A stretch of 64,000 nucleotides of DNA from Octopus bimaculoides (Eukaryota). Every line of letters begins with the position of its first letter. Within the stretch, counting starts at the first letter, position 1. Where the stretch lies: assembly GCF_001194135.2 (NCBI RefSeq), contig NC_068984.1, forward strand, positions 11,391,815-11,455,814, read 5' to 3'. Below the pieces are notes generated by a model that saw only the letters and a list, made by a program, of their open reading frames with translations, made no database searches and had not been told where the DNA came from. Below are positions 1-15,100 of this stretch, piece by piece. The position numbers and the translations under genes are program-made.

Positions 1-88
1 TTCTTTTTTTTTTTTTTTCTTAATTCTCAGATTAAATTGAATGTGTATTTGTTTTCCATCTTTGTAATTGCTGATTTCCTATTTTCAG

Positions 89-129
89 GTATGCTTGCTC
101 CCTGAACATGTCCTCTCAGAACTTGTGAA
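89..129 (+). CDS. DCAF1: DCAF1 exon (1st in window): [13 protein letters not shown]
   Basis: ttttcag|GTATGC...GTGAA|gtaagt; phase 2 joins the next exon. Confidence 0.88.
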
Positions 130-3100
130 GTAAGTATTTGCCTCAACAGAGACAAGTAGAAACTTACATTTTGATGTATTTGTTGTATTTATTTTGTTTT
201 AGTGTGTATGCCAACTGATTTGTAGACTAATTTTGTGATTGGTTTTATAGGCATAGCAATTAACTAAAGTGTTTGTGAGGGCCAAGCTAGCTTTAAATAG
301 CCAAGATTTCTTTGTGAAGGTAGGTTATTTCCTGACTACAAGGTTATTGCTTCTTTCATTGCACTGTGCTATACTGCACATGGTAGTGTACAGTACCTCT
401 TCTCATGGTACATCTGTACATGTTCCTTTGTGTGTATAGTTGAAACAGATACCTTTCTCGATTAATTGCTGAAAAGATTTCTAGCAGTTTACTTACAAAT
501 TATCAAATCTATAAAATTCATGTAAAGCAAATGATACGAAAAAAGGTAGAGAAAGTCAATTTGATATGAGTTGTCAAATTGTTACTACCAATTCAGCATA
601 TATTAGTTAATTAGCCAAAATGGAATAAGCCGTTGTGTTTTTCTGTCCAGTTGAGACCTTTATTGACAGTTGGACATCAAACTAAAGATTTATGTATTGA
701 TAAATAATGTTGATCGTATATTTTTCATTGCTTTATCCTTTTGATATTTGTGTTTCAGTTATGTGTTGTGGTTACTTGAATGCTCACATGAGTCAAGTCG
801 TTGCCATGCTGCAATATTCTTGGATCATGCGTTCGCTTTCCGGATCATTCTAGATTTATTTGATCAGAAAGACGGGCTCCGTCGTTTAATTAATGTGGTA
901 AGCTAGAATTATATTTTTAAAAGCAATTTTGATATATTTTACCATATGCAATTAACAATGTTCATGCCCTGCTTATAAATATTGATATACAATCATGTAT
1001 CTGTACAGCATTGTTGCCCTGAGCAAAACCTTCAATTTTAGTATGAGAGCCAACAAGAAAATTTCCTTTATAACAGCTCTGTCTCATTTCTTTTATCTGA
1101 AGTTTCATATTGGATTGCTCCTGTACAGCATATGTTAACAGGACACACTCCTCCAATTTCTATCAACTCTGGTTTATCTCATGGTTTACTTATATCCCTG
1201 ATCATCCTGTAGATTAATAACCTTGCTGGCGTTTCTAACAGCACATATTTCTTTGTCGATGACAGCCTTCTTGAACTTTTTGCACACTGGTGCCATCCAC
1301 ATGCAACCTAGAAATCTCAAACTAAACTCACACTTCTTCATACCCCACACATCTTTCAATGGCAGTGGGTTCTCATAATCATCTGATCTCTATCAATTGG
1401 ACCAAGAGACAATCACTTTTCATATCAGAGTAGTAGTTTGATGACACATTGACCTCACATGTGAATAACTCATTACTAAAATCCTCCAAAGTGCTGCAAA
1501 TGGTGGGTCTCTTCTTCAGACTTATAACATTGACAAAACTGCATCCCAAACACTTGGCTTACTTTTCAAAACCAGAAAACACTTCAACCTCAATCATTTG
1601 CTGCTCACATATTCGGGATAGTGTTGCTGCTACTATACTCAGGCATTCTAGTATATCCCAATCATCCCAAAATGGCTATTCATCTATTTGGATAGGCTTG
1701 CTAACCCACAGTTTTCACAGAAACACTGCTCTTTTCCTCTTCTATTAGTGGCTTCGTGCCAGTACTCCCCAGTCACCTGTCTTGCCTCCTCATCCTTACT
1801 GGATCTCAACATGTCAAACCGCTTCCTAAACAGCTCAGTCATTCCTTCCTAGATCTGCCACTACCTGGAATTTACGTTCATGCCCTTTCACTTGCAGAAG
1901 TTCAAGCTGAACTTTAGTTACCTTGACCTGACCTCACCATTGACCTAATGTCATGGCCACTTTGGTTCATTTCTTCGATTTTGTAATCCATGTTTATTTT
2001 CATTTCTCTCTGTTCCTGTCTGCAACAGGAATGATATGGTTTTCTAAATCTGGCTCAAATTCATGTTCTAATATTTAGTTTTGCTACACTTTTAAGCATC
2101 TCTTATAGCTACATCAAAAAGTTAGATGATGATGATAGTCTGGATCTTAAGGATTTATTCAATGTACAGTTTTTAAATTTGACATTGTTCTTTTCACCCT
2201 ACTGTTAAAAAGTAATTTTAAATTATTTCTTCTATGAATGCCAGCATGGAAAAATGGATGTAAAATGATGACGATGACTGTTTTGACATCTATGATTTCT
2301 TTTCTTACTTTCTATTTAAAAAAAAAAAGGTGAGCACACTCCCCATTTTATATTTTGATGCATCGGTTGAACAACCAATGGAAAACAAGCTCTATACAAT
2401 GCGACAGATAGCTCGCTATGTTTGTATTGCTTTTAAGAAATACATGGAAGCTCATTTGATTCTACATGCAGATGAAATAAGGCGATCTCACCTGCGTAAC
2501 GAGAATGGCTCTCCTGTTACTGAAATGCCTGCAAACAAGGTAAGTTATTTTTTATTAATGTTATATTAAAAGACCCTTTCAGGGTCAATTAAATAAGTAC
2601 CAGCTGAGCACTGGGGTCGTAATTAACTTATCACTTCCCCCGAAATTGCTGGCCTTGTGCCAAAATTTGAAACCAGTATTATAATAAAGGAATATTAGAT
2701 TGGAGCCTGGTGCAGCCTCCTGGCTTGCCAGTCCTCAGTCAATCCATCCAACACATGTCAGCATGGAAAGCAGACGTTAAGTGATGATGATGATCATCAT
2801 CATTTAACATCCGCTTTCCATGCTAGCATGGGTTGGATACTTTGACTGAGGACTGGCAAGCCAGGAGGCTGCACCAGGCTCCAATCTGATCTGGCAGAGT
2901 TTCTACAGCTGGATGCCCTCCAAGAGTGTAGTGGGTGCTTTTACGTGCTAGCGGTACTGGCAATGGCCACGCTCAAATGGTGTTTTTTATGTGCCACCTG
3001 CACAGGAGTCAGTCTCTTTTGCCAAGCTCCTAAGTTATGGGGGTGTAAGCACACCAACATCGGTTGTCAAGGGATGGTGGGAGGACAAACACAGACACAC

Positions 3101-6100
3101 ATATACAATCAGCTTCTTTCAGTTTTCATCTACTAAGTCCACTCACAAGGCTTTGGTTGGCCTAAGGCTACAATAGAAAACAATAGCCTAAGGTGCTACC
3201 TATTAAAAATATAATCATGATAAAGCTTAGTCTTCTTTGTTTGAACTCTTATTAGCTGCATTATCACAGTATATTTTTAAACCGTGTCTTTATTTCTTCA
3301 ATTCAGGCATTAAAGTTGACATTTGAAGTGGTGCAAGAAAACATAGAAATGTTACTTGATCTAATGCCTGTCCGAATGGTCTGGCGTCCTGTTGCTCAAT
3401 TCAAGCAGCTTGGTGGCATAAGTCTAGTGATTCAGCTGTTAGCTATTGCACAAAACTGGAACAATTATCCCAGCAAGTAAGTTTTGTTTTATTTTTTCTC
3501 TTTTCTAAGGGCTATTTAATGGAGGTGAGATTGTATGACATTCATGCTGTTATCCAAGTATACTAGTAATATGAGAAGTGAATTGGCTTGTTTAAAGGTT
3601 ACTTCTTGTTCTACAGGTCATATGATATACTTGTTTCAGTCATTTGACCGTGGCCATGCTGAAGCACCGCCTTTAGTCAAACAAATCAACCCCAGAATTT
3701 ATTCTTTGTGAGCCTGGTACTTATTCTATTGGTCTCTTTTGCCGAACCAAGTTTCGGGGATGTAAACACACACACAGATACATACATATATAGCAGACAC
3801 TGAGACATGGCACAGATCTCTGACCCTTCAGATCCTGCCAAACCATCTGAACCATGCCAGCCTGGAAACTGTTTGTTAAAAGATTATTATGGTGATATCT
3901 AACGTAGCACAATGTCACAACTTATGTGGAATTTGTTTTTTTTTTTTTTGTTACCTAGTACTAAAAATTCTTTCTAATGTCTTCCTTTTCTTTCCCTGTC
4001 TATTTCACTCTGTAGCAGATCTGTAATGCTAGTTGACATGTAAGAAAATATTAATTACTGTAGAATACTTTACAATAAACTTGAAATTCNNNNNNNNNNN
4101 NNNNNNNNNNNNNNNNNNNNNNNNNNNNNCCCACCCACCCCCTCCATTTTCTGTTTTCTATCTTGAAACTATGTTTGTCTTTTGTAGGTCTGAAACCTTG
4201 TGCAGTGCAATGGATGTCTTAGCAGTCTGTACAATTATGCCTCAGTGCCAACTTGCTATGCTTGAACCCCTCCCAGTAGGCTTGGAGTTTACAGCCTCTG
4301 CTATCAAGTTAGTAACATCTAAAAATTAGTATTTCAAATATTTGTATATTTTTTTATCTCTGCATATTTTTATTTTTTAAGTTTACAAATGCATGGTTTG
4401 CATTTCAAACAGAAATGCATTTGCTAAGAGATCATATATCAGTTCAGTTTATTATTTCATCAGCTGCCTTGTACTTGTGAATGAGCCACGTAATTCTTCT
4501 TGGAACTGGTTGATTACCAGTTTCCATTTCTGAGTTGTAAGAAGACCATCGAGTTGTGAGAAAAAATTTGTCTATAACTATATAAAAATTTACTCAAACC
4601 ACTTCATCTATTCTTACATGCAAAAAAAGGAATGCAGAACAGTAATACTAGTGTGAACAAATGAATTAGTGATTAGCATTTAAATATATATATATTGATG
4701 AAGATATATTGTATGCTAGCCTGGAAAGCAGGTGTAAAATGATGATGGTCTTATATTTCATTATCATTATTGTCATTTTCTGTCTGTTTTCTATGCTGAT
4801 AGGAACCAGGTGAGTCATTTCTGCTCCCCTAGTAAAGTGAATTCATTGTGTTTCAGTTTTAAATTACTCCATTTTTCTGAAGAAAACATCTGAAAAATGC
4901 GCAATGGTGTTAAGTTTTCATAGCATTTTTAAAACAAAAATATTTATATGTCTATAATATACCTATATATGTAAATATGTATTTCCTTCTTTTAAGCATA
5001 ATGATTGGTCTGGCTGAAGGCAAAACTGTTCAAGACCCTGAGGTACAAAAATCTGCTTTAAATGTCATCATAAATTGTGTCTGGGGACCAATGGAAAGGG
5101 TAAGTGTAATATTCTAATTACATATGATAACTGCTGTGAAAAACCTTTTGGCAATTTTACTCTTTTTTTTTTCTATAACATTTTGTGAAATCAAATATAG
5201 TTAACTGTCATCTAATTTAAAGGTATATGTAACCTAGTACATGAAAAATATTTTTTATCATCCTTTGCAGAGTAACATTAAGTGAAATTCATAGCATGCT
5301 GTTCTATCAGCATCCCATTATCATTGCTACATTGTATTACTATCAAAGAAACAACTTTCATTAGATCTATTCACATAACTAATTTTGGTAGCATGAAGTG
5401 GCATAGTCAACGGTCATGGGCTGAAAATTCTTTTATTAGTTTTAACATTTCCAAATTCAAATTTTTCTATGATTCTAGATAAAATGAGAAGCCACTGCTG
5501 TGTATTTTTCTCTGAATCATTGTATGGAGGAGGATTTTCACTAGCGTTCTAATACATGATGGTTGGGAGTTTTAGCTATTGGACTATCAACTCAATGGTC
5601 ATACATTTGAATTATAATTATAGGGTATTTCTAAGTCCATATTGCGATAAAAGTACAATTTCAATCTCTTTGTTCACATTTTAAGTTCTTCCATTTAAAT
5701 AATTTCTACAGAATTTGGTGAACCTCTTAGCCATATCAGCAGAGAATGAAACTATGAAAATATGTTTGATAAAAGCATCAGTAATTTGTGTAGTTCCAGA
5801 TTTAATATATTGTCACCTGTTTTAAAATGTACCAATCCACGGTTTAAAAATTTGGCGGTATTGGCTTAAGTCTAACTTAACTCTTCTGATGTTCAAGAAT
5901 TAATTCTTCATTGTGTTGTAGGATTATGAAACAGCCTTCCATAAAATAAACTTCTAAATTTGTATATATAACACCAAGATGTATTCTCCCTTTACAGCTT
6001 GGCGGTGGAGTAGGTCGATTCAAAGGATCTGGTTCTAAAAAGAGGATTAATTGGAAGGTTGGAGAAGATGTCTTGGGTAAAATGTGGGATGGAATTAGAG

Positions 6101-9100
6101 GAAACAATGGCATCATGGTGAGTTATTTTTGTTTTTGTCTTTTTGTCTTATGACTCTTCATTTGAATGCAATCTGGGGTAACTTGAGGGTTTATGTTTTA
6201 ATAATTCATCATCATCATCATTTAACGTCCGCTCTCCATGCCAGCATGGGTTTGACGCTTTGACTGGGGACTGGTGAACCAGGTGGCGACACCAGACTCC
6301 AATCTGATCTGGCAGAGTTTCTACAGCTGGATGCCCTTCCTAACGCCAACCACTCTGAGTGTGTAGTGGGTGCCTTTTACGTGCCACCGGCACGAGGGCC
6401 AGTCTGGCGGTACTGGCAACAGCCACGCTCAAATGGTGTTTTTTACATGCCACCTGCACAGGAGTCAGTCCAATGTTTTGTTTTGAATGAAAATAAAAAA
6501 AAAAGATGCTGGTAATTTCCCCCACCCCAAAAAGAAATCTTTGATATTATATTTAATTATTTTACCTTCAGTTATCAAATTGAGACAAGTTATTAACCTG
6601 GATCATTTTCTTTAGTATATATAAACATCATGATAAAATTACATCCTAAAAACATAAGACAAGTGTTACACACACACGTAATCTACAATAAATATTGAAA
6701 GTAAAACATTAGATATCTTTCATCTTTTACTTGTTTTGCTCATTAAACTGCAGCCATGCTGGAGCACTGTCTTCAAGAATTTTTAGTTGAATAAGACTTA
6801 ATTGTTGAAGTCTAGTACTTATTCTTTTGGCTCCTTTTGCTGAACTTCTAAGTTACTGGGATGTAAACACACCAACACTGGTTTTGAAACTGTGGTGGGA
6901 AACATACAAAGACACATGCACATGCATACATGACGGGCTTCTTTCAGTTTCCATCTACCAAATCTACTCACAAGGCTTTGGTCAGCCTAAGGCCATAGCA
7001 GAAGACACTTGCCAAGGTATCACGCAGTAGGACTGAACCTGGGACCATGTGGATTTATTTACAATATCTTATTAATCCAATTTAACCTCTATTTCTTCTA
7101 ATACCTTTCTCTTTCATATATCACAGACCAAAAATAAATTTAATTAAGAATAAGGTTGTCTTCTCAATTTGTAAAACAAAGACAATGATTACAAAAATTT
7201 CACCACAACAGTCAGTATATAAACAGATAGCATAACACAATTTAGTACATAAATATATATGTTAAAAATTGTTTGTGGTTAGATAAATATTATTGCTGTT
7301 ATTTGAATTTTGAGTATAATTTGTTGTTTGTATTGTTTTCTAGGTTCTTCTGAAGTTATTATCTCAGAAAACTCCCATTAGCGAAGCTGATAATATTCGT
7401 GCTTTAGCGTGTAAAGTAAGGCAATGTTTTAATATATTCTCAACATAGTTTTTTTATTGTACCTTCTTTATGTCTTTTCAAATGTGATTCAGATACTGCA
7501 ATGATTATTAGTAATAATTATCGTTATGAGGAGTTATTAAAGTTATTTAATTTAATCCCTGTTACTATATTGTGGTATTTATACAGTTACTTGGAACATA
7601 CTCTATTTTATTTGTTTCAGTCATTTGACTGTGGCCATGCTGGAGCACCGCCTCTTTAGTCGAGCAAATCGACCCAGGACTTATTCTTTGTAAGCCTAGT
7701 ACTTATTCTATCGGTTTCTTCTGCCGAACCGCTCAGTTACGGGGACCTAAACACACCAGCATCGGTTGTCAAGCAATGTTGGGGGGGGGGGGTCAAACAC
7801 AGACACACATACATATATACGACGGGCTTCTTCCAGTTTCCGTCTACCAAATCCACTCACAAGGCTTTGGTCGGCCCAAGGCTATAGTAGAAGACACTTG
7901 CCCAAGGTCCCACGCAGTGAGACTGAACCCAGAACCATGTGGTTCGTAAGCAAGCTACTTACCACACAGCCATTCCTATGCCATGTGAATTTTGACAGTT
8001 GGGACACCCTTGTAAAAGTGTTCAACTCTGAAGTGAATCTGCTACTTATTTTCAGATAAATAGATCTTCTTTGTCACGGAACTTAACACAACAAATATTA
8101 GGTTTTTAATTTATGATATTGCAGTTCTGTATTTCTAAGATAAGTTTAGATATTTTTTATTTTTACTAATACACTATTTGGATCTGGGTATTTTAGGATT
8201 GTTTTCACATATTGTATTTGTACATGTGATTATTTCCTTGTGTTTGGACTGCATTCCTAAACTGCTATTGCACTCTCAATGATAAAACCCAGCTTAGAAT
8301 GTGTCTAAATACTGTTTTGCTAACTGCTCACTTTCTCATCTATATTTTTAACTTCATTTGTTGTTTTTTGTTTGTTTATTGTTTGGGTTTTTTTTTTAGC
8401 TTTTGCATCAGTCCTTATTCTAAAATAAATCGTTCACATAGTAGTGGCGATTCTCATCATCATCATTGTTTAACGTCTGCTTTCCATGCTGGCTTGGGTT
8501 GGACAGTTTGACTGAAGGCTGGTGAGCCAGAAGGCTGCACCAGGCTCCAATCTGATCTGGCAATGTTTCTACAGCTGGGTACCCTTCCTGATGCCAACCA
8601 CTCCGAGAGTGTAGTGGGTGCTTTTTATGTGCCACCGGCATGAGGGCCAGACAAGTGGTACTGGCATTGGCCACGCTTGAATGGTGCGTGATCGTTGCCA
8701 GTGCCTGCTGGAATCAACTTTGATTTTCCTATCTCTAGAGTTGGTAAAATAAATATTAGCCATGTACTGAGTTAGTTAATACTTATTAGTCTTTTGGAAC
8801 TTAGTAGCCTTGTACTAGTGAGAAGCATTTATATTGAAGTTAATCACAATACTGAGTCTTCTATGTTCTGAGTTCACATTTTGCCAAAATCAACTTTTCA
8901 TCATTCTATATATGTGCTACAAATTTTTTAACATTATTTAATATCAATAAATTCATTATTATTATTAAGACAGTTCGCTGGCAGAATCGTTAGCGCATCA
9001 GGCAAAATGCTTAGCAGAATTTCATCCGTTTTTGTGTTCTGAGTTCAAATTCCGCCAATGTTGACTTTGCCTTTCATCAATAAATTAAGTACCAGTAAAA

Positions 9101-12100
9101 CACTAGAGTCGATGTAATTAATTAGTCCCCTCCCCACAAAATTTCAGGCCTTGTGCTTTCAGCAGAAAGGATTTTTATTATTATTATCTTAAATGATTTC
9201 TTCAAGTATTTCCTTCTAAAATAATGTTGATAAAACTTTCATAATAAGTGTTAAATATAATATACTATTTGTAATAAAAATTAAAAACATTTAAAATCTC
9301 TTAAATAAGATTGTCTTTACTTTCTTAGGCTCTTGTTGGTTTGTCTCGGTCCGAAACAGTTCGGCAGATCATTGGGAAACTTCCTTTATTCAATAATGGT
9401 TTATTGCAACGTGAGTGTCGATATTTTCACCTATATTTTTGTCCATCTGTCAGTAAATATTTGTGATTATTAAATTCTGAAAGAAATATCACTTGATGTA
9501 CTATGTGGTTTTTATTGATCTTATCAATTAAGTTTTGTAATTTTTGGGGTTTCTTTGTAAAGTTTTAATGGATGCCATTCTGAAGTAACTTTGTTGCAGT
9601 AATTCGGTAGAGTTTGGATTCAGATATTGCATTAATTTGATAATTGGTATAAAAACATAAATAAAACATCAAATTTCGGTTACACCACAACTGATGTCTA
9701 TAAACCCAATATTGATGTCTATCATAAAATCTTTAAATGGTTTTGAACTATGCAAACTTCCAAAGTAAAGTGCGTTAATAAAGTACTTTTATCTTTATTA
9801 AATAGTTTCCACAAATATTTATGGGTAGGATCAGAGACAGAAATACACAGACTGAATATTTTACTTTACATCTTTAAACTGTTTTCTTTTAATACAGAGC
9901 TTATGAAAGAACCTGTTCTTCAAGACAAGCGACAAGCACATGTCAAATTTTGCAAGTATTCCAATGAATTAATTGAACGTGTGTCTGGAAAACACCATAA
10001 TGCAAATATTGAAGCTTCTCTTCAAGACATCAGGAAGGTAATTGAAAGATGTATGGTTTTTCCTGGCTTCAAAAAAAAAATATATATGCATAGATTTGTA
10101 TTGTGTCACTGAATAAATATTTTTATGTTGATGGGAGGAGGTGCTGCTGTAAGTATTTGGAAAATAAACAGTCCTGTATTTGTCATGTGAAACAGCTCAG
10201 AATTGAAATGTGTAGATATAATATTGAACTACCAGCTAAAACAATTTAAGTTTAAATTCATTGAAGATGTCTCATTGTGTATTTGGATGGTTAGACTTAA
10301 TTCTATAGGTTTCAGTTGATTTAGTTGTCAGAAATAGATACCAGACAGTCTGGGGAAATTACCTGAGATAGATTGGCCTCTTATACAGGAGATTTATCTC
10401 TATTTCAGTTTATATCCTGAAACAGCTACCAGAAAAGATCTTTTGTTTTTATGAAACGAGACATTAGTCTGTAATCTGACAAGATTCCATGAAATTCTTA
10501 GTATGTAGTTTGTATGTAACCCAGTGCCCTACTCTCAAGGAGTTATTCAAGATATCAATATATGTAACCACAATCACTCAAAATGTTAATTTAACAAATG
10601 TTTGTGTGTTCATTAACTGTCAAAACAGTTTGATGCATATAAAATATAGGATTTTAGGTTGATGTTTTTGTCAGCCATGATAAGGAGGATCTGTGATCAA
10701 AGGTATTTTAGCTATGACATTGCCCACGTTTGGATGGTGCTTTTTATGTGCCACCAGCACGGGGAGCCAATCAGGCAGCACTGAGGTGCTTATTGCATGC
10801 CACCATCAGTGGCAATATTAATTTATTTGTTGAAATAAACAGTTTTTGTTTGAATTAATTTTGAAAATGAATTTAGTAAAATAATTTTGCTATTAATTAA
10901 GCTGGTTTTCAGAACATAAATTAGCATAAAATTTTCATATCACTTTAAACCAGGGAATTCATATCATAGAGTCAAACGCAGGCTGTGATGGGTTGTTATC
11001 TTCCGATAAATCATTTAAAATTTTTTCCAAATGCTTTAAAAAAATTATCCTTTCTTGTTTTCAAGGCTGATATTGTAGCTCAGACGAAAATTACTTTCCA
11101 GAAGAGAGAATTATTTCATTTGATCCACGAGTATCTTTTGTCTGAAGGTTAGTTTTTTTTTTTTTTTTTACACTCTTAAAACATTACCTATCTTTGCTAT
11201 CACCATCATCATAACCTCTGCCAAGGAAAGAGGTTCTGTTTTCATTGGCGTTTGTTTGTCTGTCTGTGTGCAAAATAACTCAAAAAGTTGTGAACGGTAT
11301 TCGATGAAACTTATAGGAAAAGTTAGTAATGACACAAGGAACAGATGATGAAATGTTGGTCATGATCCAGGAATTTTTATGGATTCTTGAAGAATTTTTC
11401 ATTTGTTATATTTACTTTACATGAAGTATTACAATGTTACGTTCTTTGATTATCTCCCTTCAAAACACGTTCATCGTTGTTGTTTCCAAAGTTTATTTTC
11501 GTTTCTCTATTAGTAATTTTACTTGCGTATCTATCTTAAAATGAACTGGTTGGCAGAGGATGACATGACAAACCTTGACTATTGGGATCGACTCAAAAAG
11601 CTCAGGCTTTGCTCCCTCCACCGCTGCTGTGAGCTCTATATCATGTATGATGTGGAAAATATTCCATCAACATTGCCCATCTTTAAAATTCGTTCAAGGC
11701 TTCCCCCCCCCCCCGTGCTATCTGTCCACTACAGACTGTGTATCTCTTCCAGGTGGTGTTATTGAATTAGATATGGCCTGAGTCAACTTCGGCCGAAACT
11801 TATCTAAGTAATCTAATCTATGCTGTAACCTTTTAATCAAAGCATCACAACATCGGTAGAGGCTGATCTCTTAACATTTCTGATGGTCTTAAGTATAAGA
11901 AAAATTATTAAAGATTTATATAGAACCACAGTCAGAGTATGTCTATAAGCTGTGTTTAGACCTGGTTTCTATCCTCAAACTGTTCCATTTTGTAGATGTA
12001 ATTTTTTAATTTTTTTTTTTAATAAAGCACTCCAAAATTAGAAATATCAAAAATCTGCAACAATCTTGGTCCCATGAGTATCAGATAATGGATTTTCAAC

Positions 12101-15100
12101 TGTGTAAAGAAAATGATTGTAGTGATTGTAGTTTTGATGGTTTGGGAAATTGGGCAATTTTCAGCATGCGTGTATATGGGTAGAAATTAGCTGCTTGGCA
12201 GAGGTCTGCGCTCTCTCAGTGCTTTTCTAGTTGTCTTTACATCCATTTTTTCCTATGTGGTGTTTCCATTGAAAAGCAGTCTCACTAAATTTAACTTTAT
12301 ATTCTTTTGTTTCAGGTTGTGTCAATTCAGCAACTGCCCTTCAGACAGAGGCTAACTTACCTTGCAATATGTCCATTCCTACAGTCCATCCAACAAACCC
12401 GCTGATTAACCCAATTATGACCACACCAAAAGCTGTAAGATATTTTTCTTTACTATCTCTAATATGGGAAATGAGTGGTGTTTTTTGTTGGCTACTAATA
12501 AAGGATTATTTTAATAATGGCTTTATTACATCTGAATAAACAAATAAATGTAATAGTTCTTAATGAGATACTTTAATTAATATTTTGCACTGTTGTAAAA
12601 TAGATAAAACAAATTGCGAAAGTATTTTTTAATATAAATATTACAGTTGTGATATTTACTCATCTGTGGTTGCCAAAACTACAAACTCTGGTTGCTTAGA
12701 AATTATGAAATACAATTGTATTGGTTTCTTGAAAGTTAATATTTTTGTCAAGTGCTATAGAGCAATTGTAGTGAAAGATGAAGCTACTACCTTTTATGTA
12801 TGCATGCAAACCCCTTATTTCAACCAAATGAAACTCTCATTAGCTGATCAGTCTTTTAATAGCAAGACATATCAAGATCGCCTATATGCAAAGTTAGGTC
12901 TCTCATAAGCTTTAATGTACTAAAAACCTTTTTTTCCTAAATATGTTCTGCTGAGGGGTATGCCCATGTGTTTTTAATGCTATCAAATATGATATTTAGT
13001 TAAACTTTCATCTGTGAAAGAATTGTACACAACCCAATTGAAACACATGTTTATTGTTACTCATTTGTTTACTTGTTTGTATTTGCAGTCACGTCAACTG
13101 AGTCCATTACCAACTAGTCACAATTCTAACCAAACCCCATCTCTATTATCACATTCCTCTGGTGCCAGTATCCTCAACACCAATGGCACTTTAGGTCCTG
13201 TAAAGTTCTCACTTAATCGACACTCTGCTGCTTCTCCTGTAATTGCTTCAACACCAACTATCAAAGTAAGGGCCACATTTTGTTTTCCTCTTATTTCAAT
13301 TTAGGTAATTTGTTAATCGTTTCAATGTCCCTAAAATATATATCATCATCATTTTTACAGCCATTTTTCCCCGCTAGAATGTCTTAGATAAAAGTTTGAA
13401 GCAGATTTCCTACAACTGGTTGCTCTTTCTGGTGCTGATCCATACTTGTTTTTCAAGTAAGGAATTATCTCATTCCACCAGTTAGCACATGTCTGTGGAT
13501 CTATGGAGAAAATAAACAATGTCACCATCTGTTGATTAGCCAGACAATGTTCTGGCTCAACATTCACCACACCTCCACACCATCTGCATTTAACATCCAC
13601 TTTAGGCTGGTACAGTTGGATGTTTTGATCCAATAAGTCAGAGAACTATGTCTGGCTCCAGTGTTCCAGTTTGTACATGGCTTCTACAACCAGGTGACCT
13701 TCCTAATGCCAACCACTTTACTGAATATACTGGGTGCTTGCTTTTTTTTTCATGGTACAAGCACTAATAATGTTGCCGTGTTGCTTGCAACATTAAAGAT
13801 ACCCCTTGACTGAGGGTGGGGGGGTAGAAGATTGGATGGGCACTTCAAGTGAAATATTGATATGGTGGGGTAAGTTGGGCATACATGTTTATGATGGGCT
13901 TCCTTGAAGTTTCTGTTTACCAATTTCACTCAGTAGATATCAGGTGGCCCAGGACTATAATAGCACATCAAAATATATTTTTAAATGCTTCAAACTTATG
14001 TAGATATTTTGTGTGTGTGTTTTACTTCATACTGTCTGTCTAAAAAGTTACTTTCACTCATTTAATCATTTCCTCTTTTCAAATAAATATATAATCGATT
14101 TGTTTCCATTTAGGCCAACCAGGCAGCTAATGCCAGGTCTCAGCTTACGAAAGATCGACTAGAAGACATGACCATCATGAAAAATATGATTCACAAGCAC
14201 CATTCTGATAATGAGGTAACATTGGATGGCATTGTTACAGAATATCTCAGGAAACAACATGCACTCTGTAAGAACCCCATGGTAACGTGTCCCCCAATGT
14301 CACTCTTCACGTAAGTGTTGACCAATTTTCAATTTCTCCGCTTACTTTAAGCAGGAATGGGAGGGTATCTGTTAAAACAAAAATCACTGGTATCATTGAA
14401 TTAGAAAATAAAGGCTGGAGAATAAATTCCAGTATCATCATCTTCATTTAATGTCCACTTTTCCATGTTTGCATGGGCCAGATGGAATTTACTGAGGTAG
14501 ATTTTCTACAGCCAAATGACCCTCTTGTCACCAACCGATACCTGTTTGTAAGTGAGGGAATGTTTCCCTATGACCAGACATGATTTCTTAGAATATTGGA
14601 AATGAGTGACATTCATTTACAACAACCATGTGATGTTTACACAAGGAGACACTAAGTAGGCCTCTTTCAGTTTCTATCTACCAAATCCATTTACTAGGCT
14701 TTGGTCAGCCCAGGACTTAAGTAGAAGGCACTTGTCCAAAGTACCACACAGTGGGACTGAACCTGAAACATTGTTAGCTGGGAAGCAAATGCCTGCTCCT
14801 GAAAAGAACTGAATTTTATATCTTAGCTTGATGAAACCAACTATTTTTGTTCATTAAGCCATTATTCCAGGAGACATTTGTATTTAAGGGGTTGATTTGT
14901 GATGGTCTGAATTTTGGCTTTGTCTTTTTTAATCTGTCACTCTTGAGAAGTTTGATCATGTTCATAAAAGTTTGTGATTTCAGAAATTGTATGACAACCT
15001 TGTAATATTGTAATAACAAAATTTCATCTCATAATTATCAAATTCTGAAACATTTACATTTACATCAGAAACTATTGAACAGAGCTTTATGGAGGGTACT

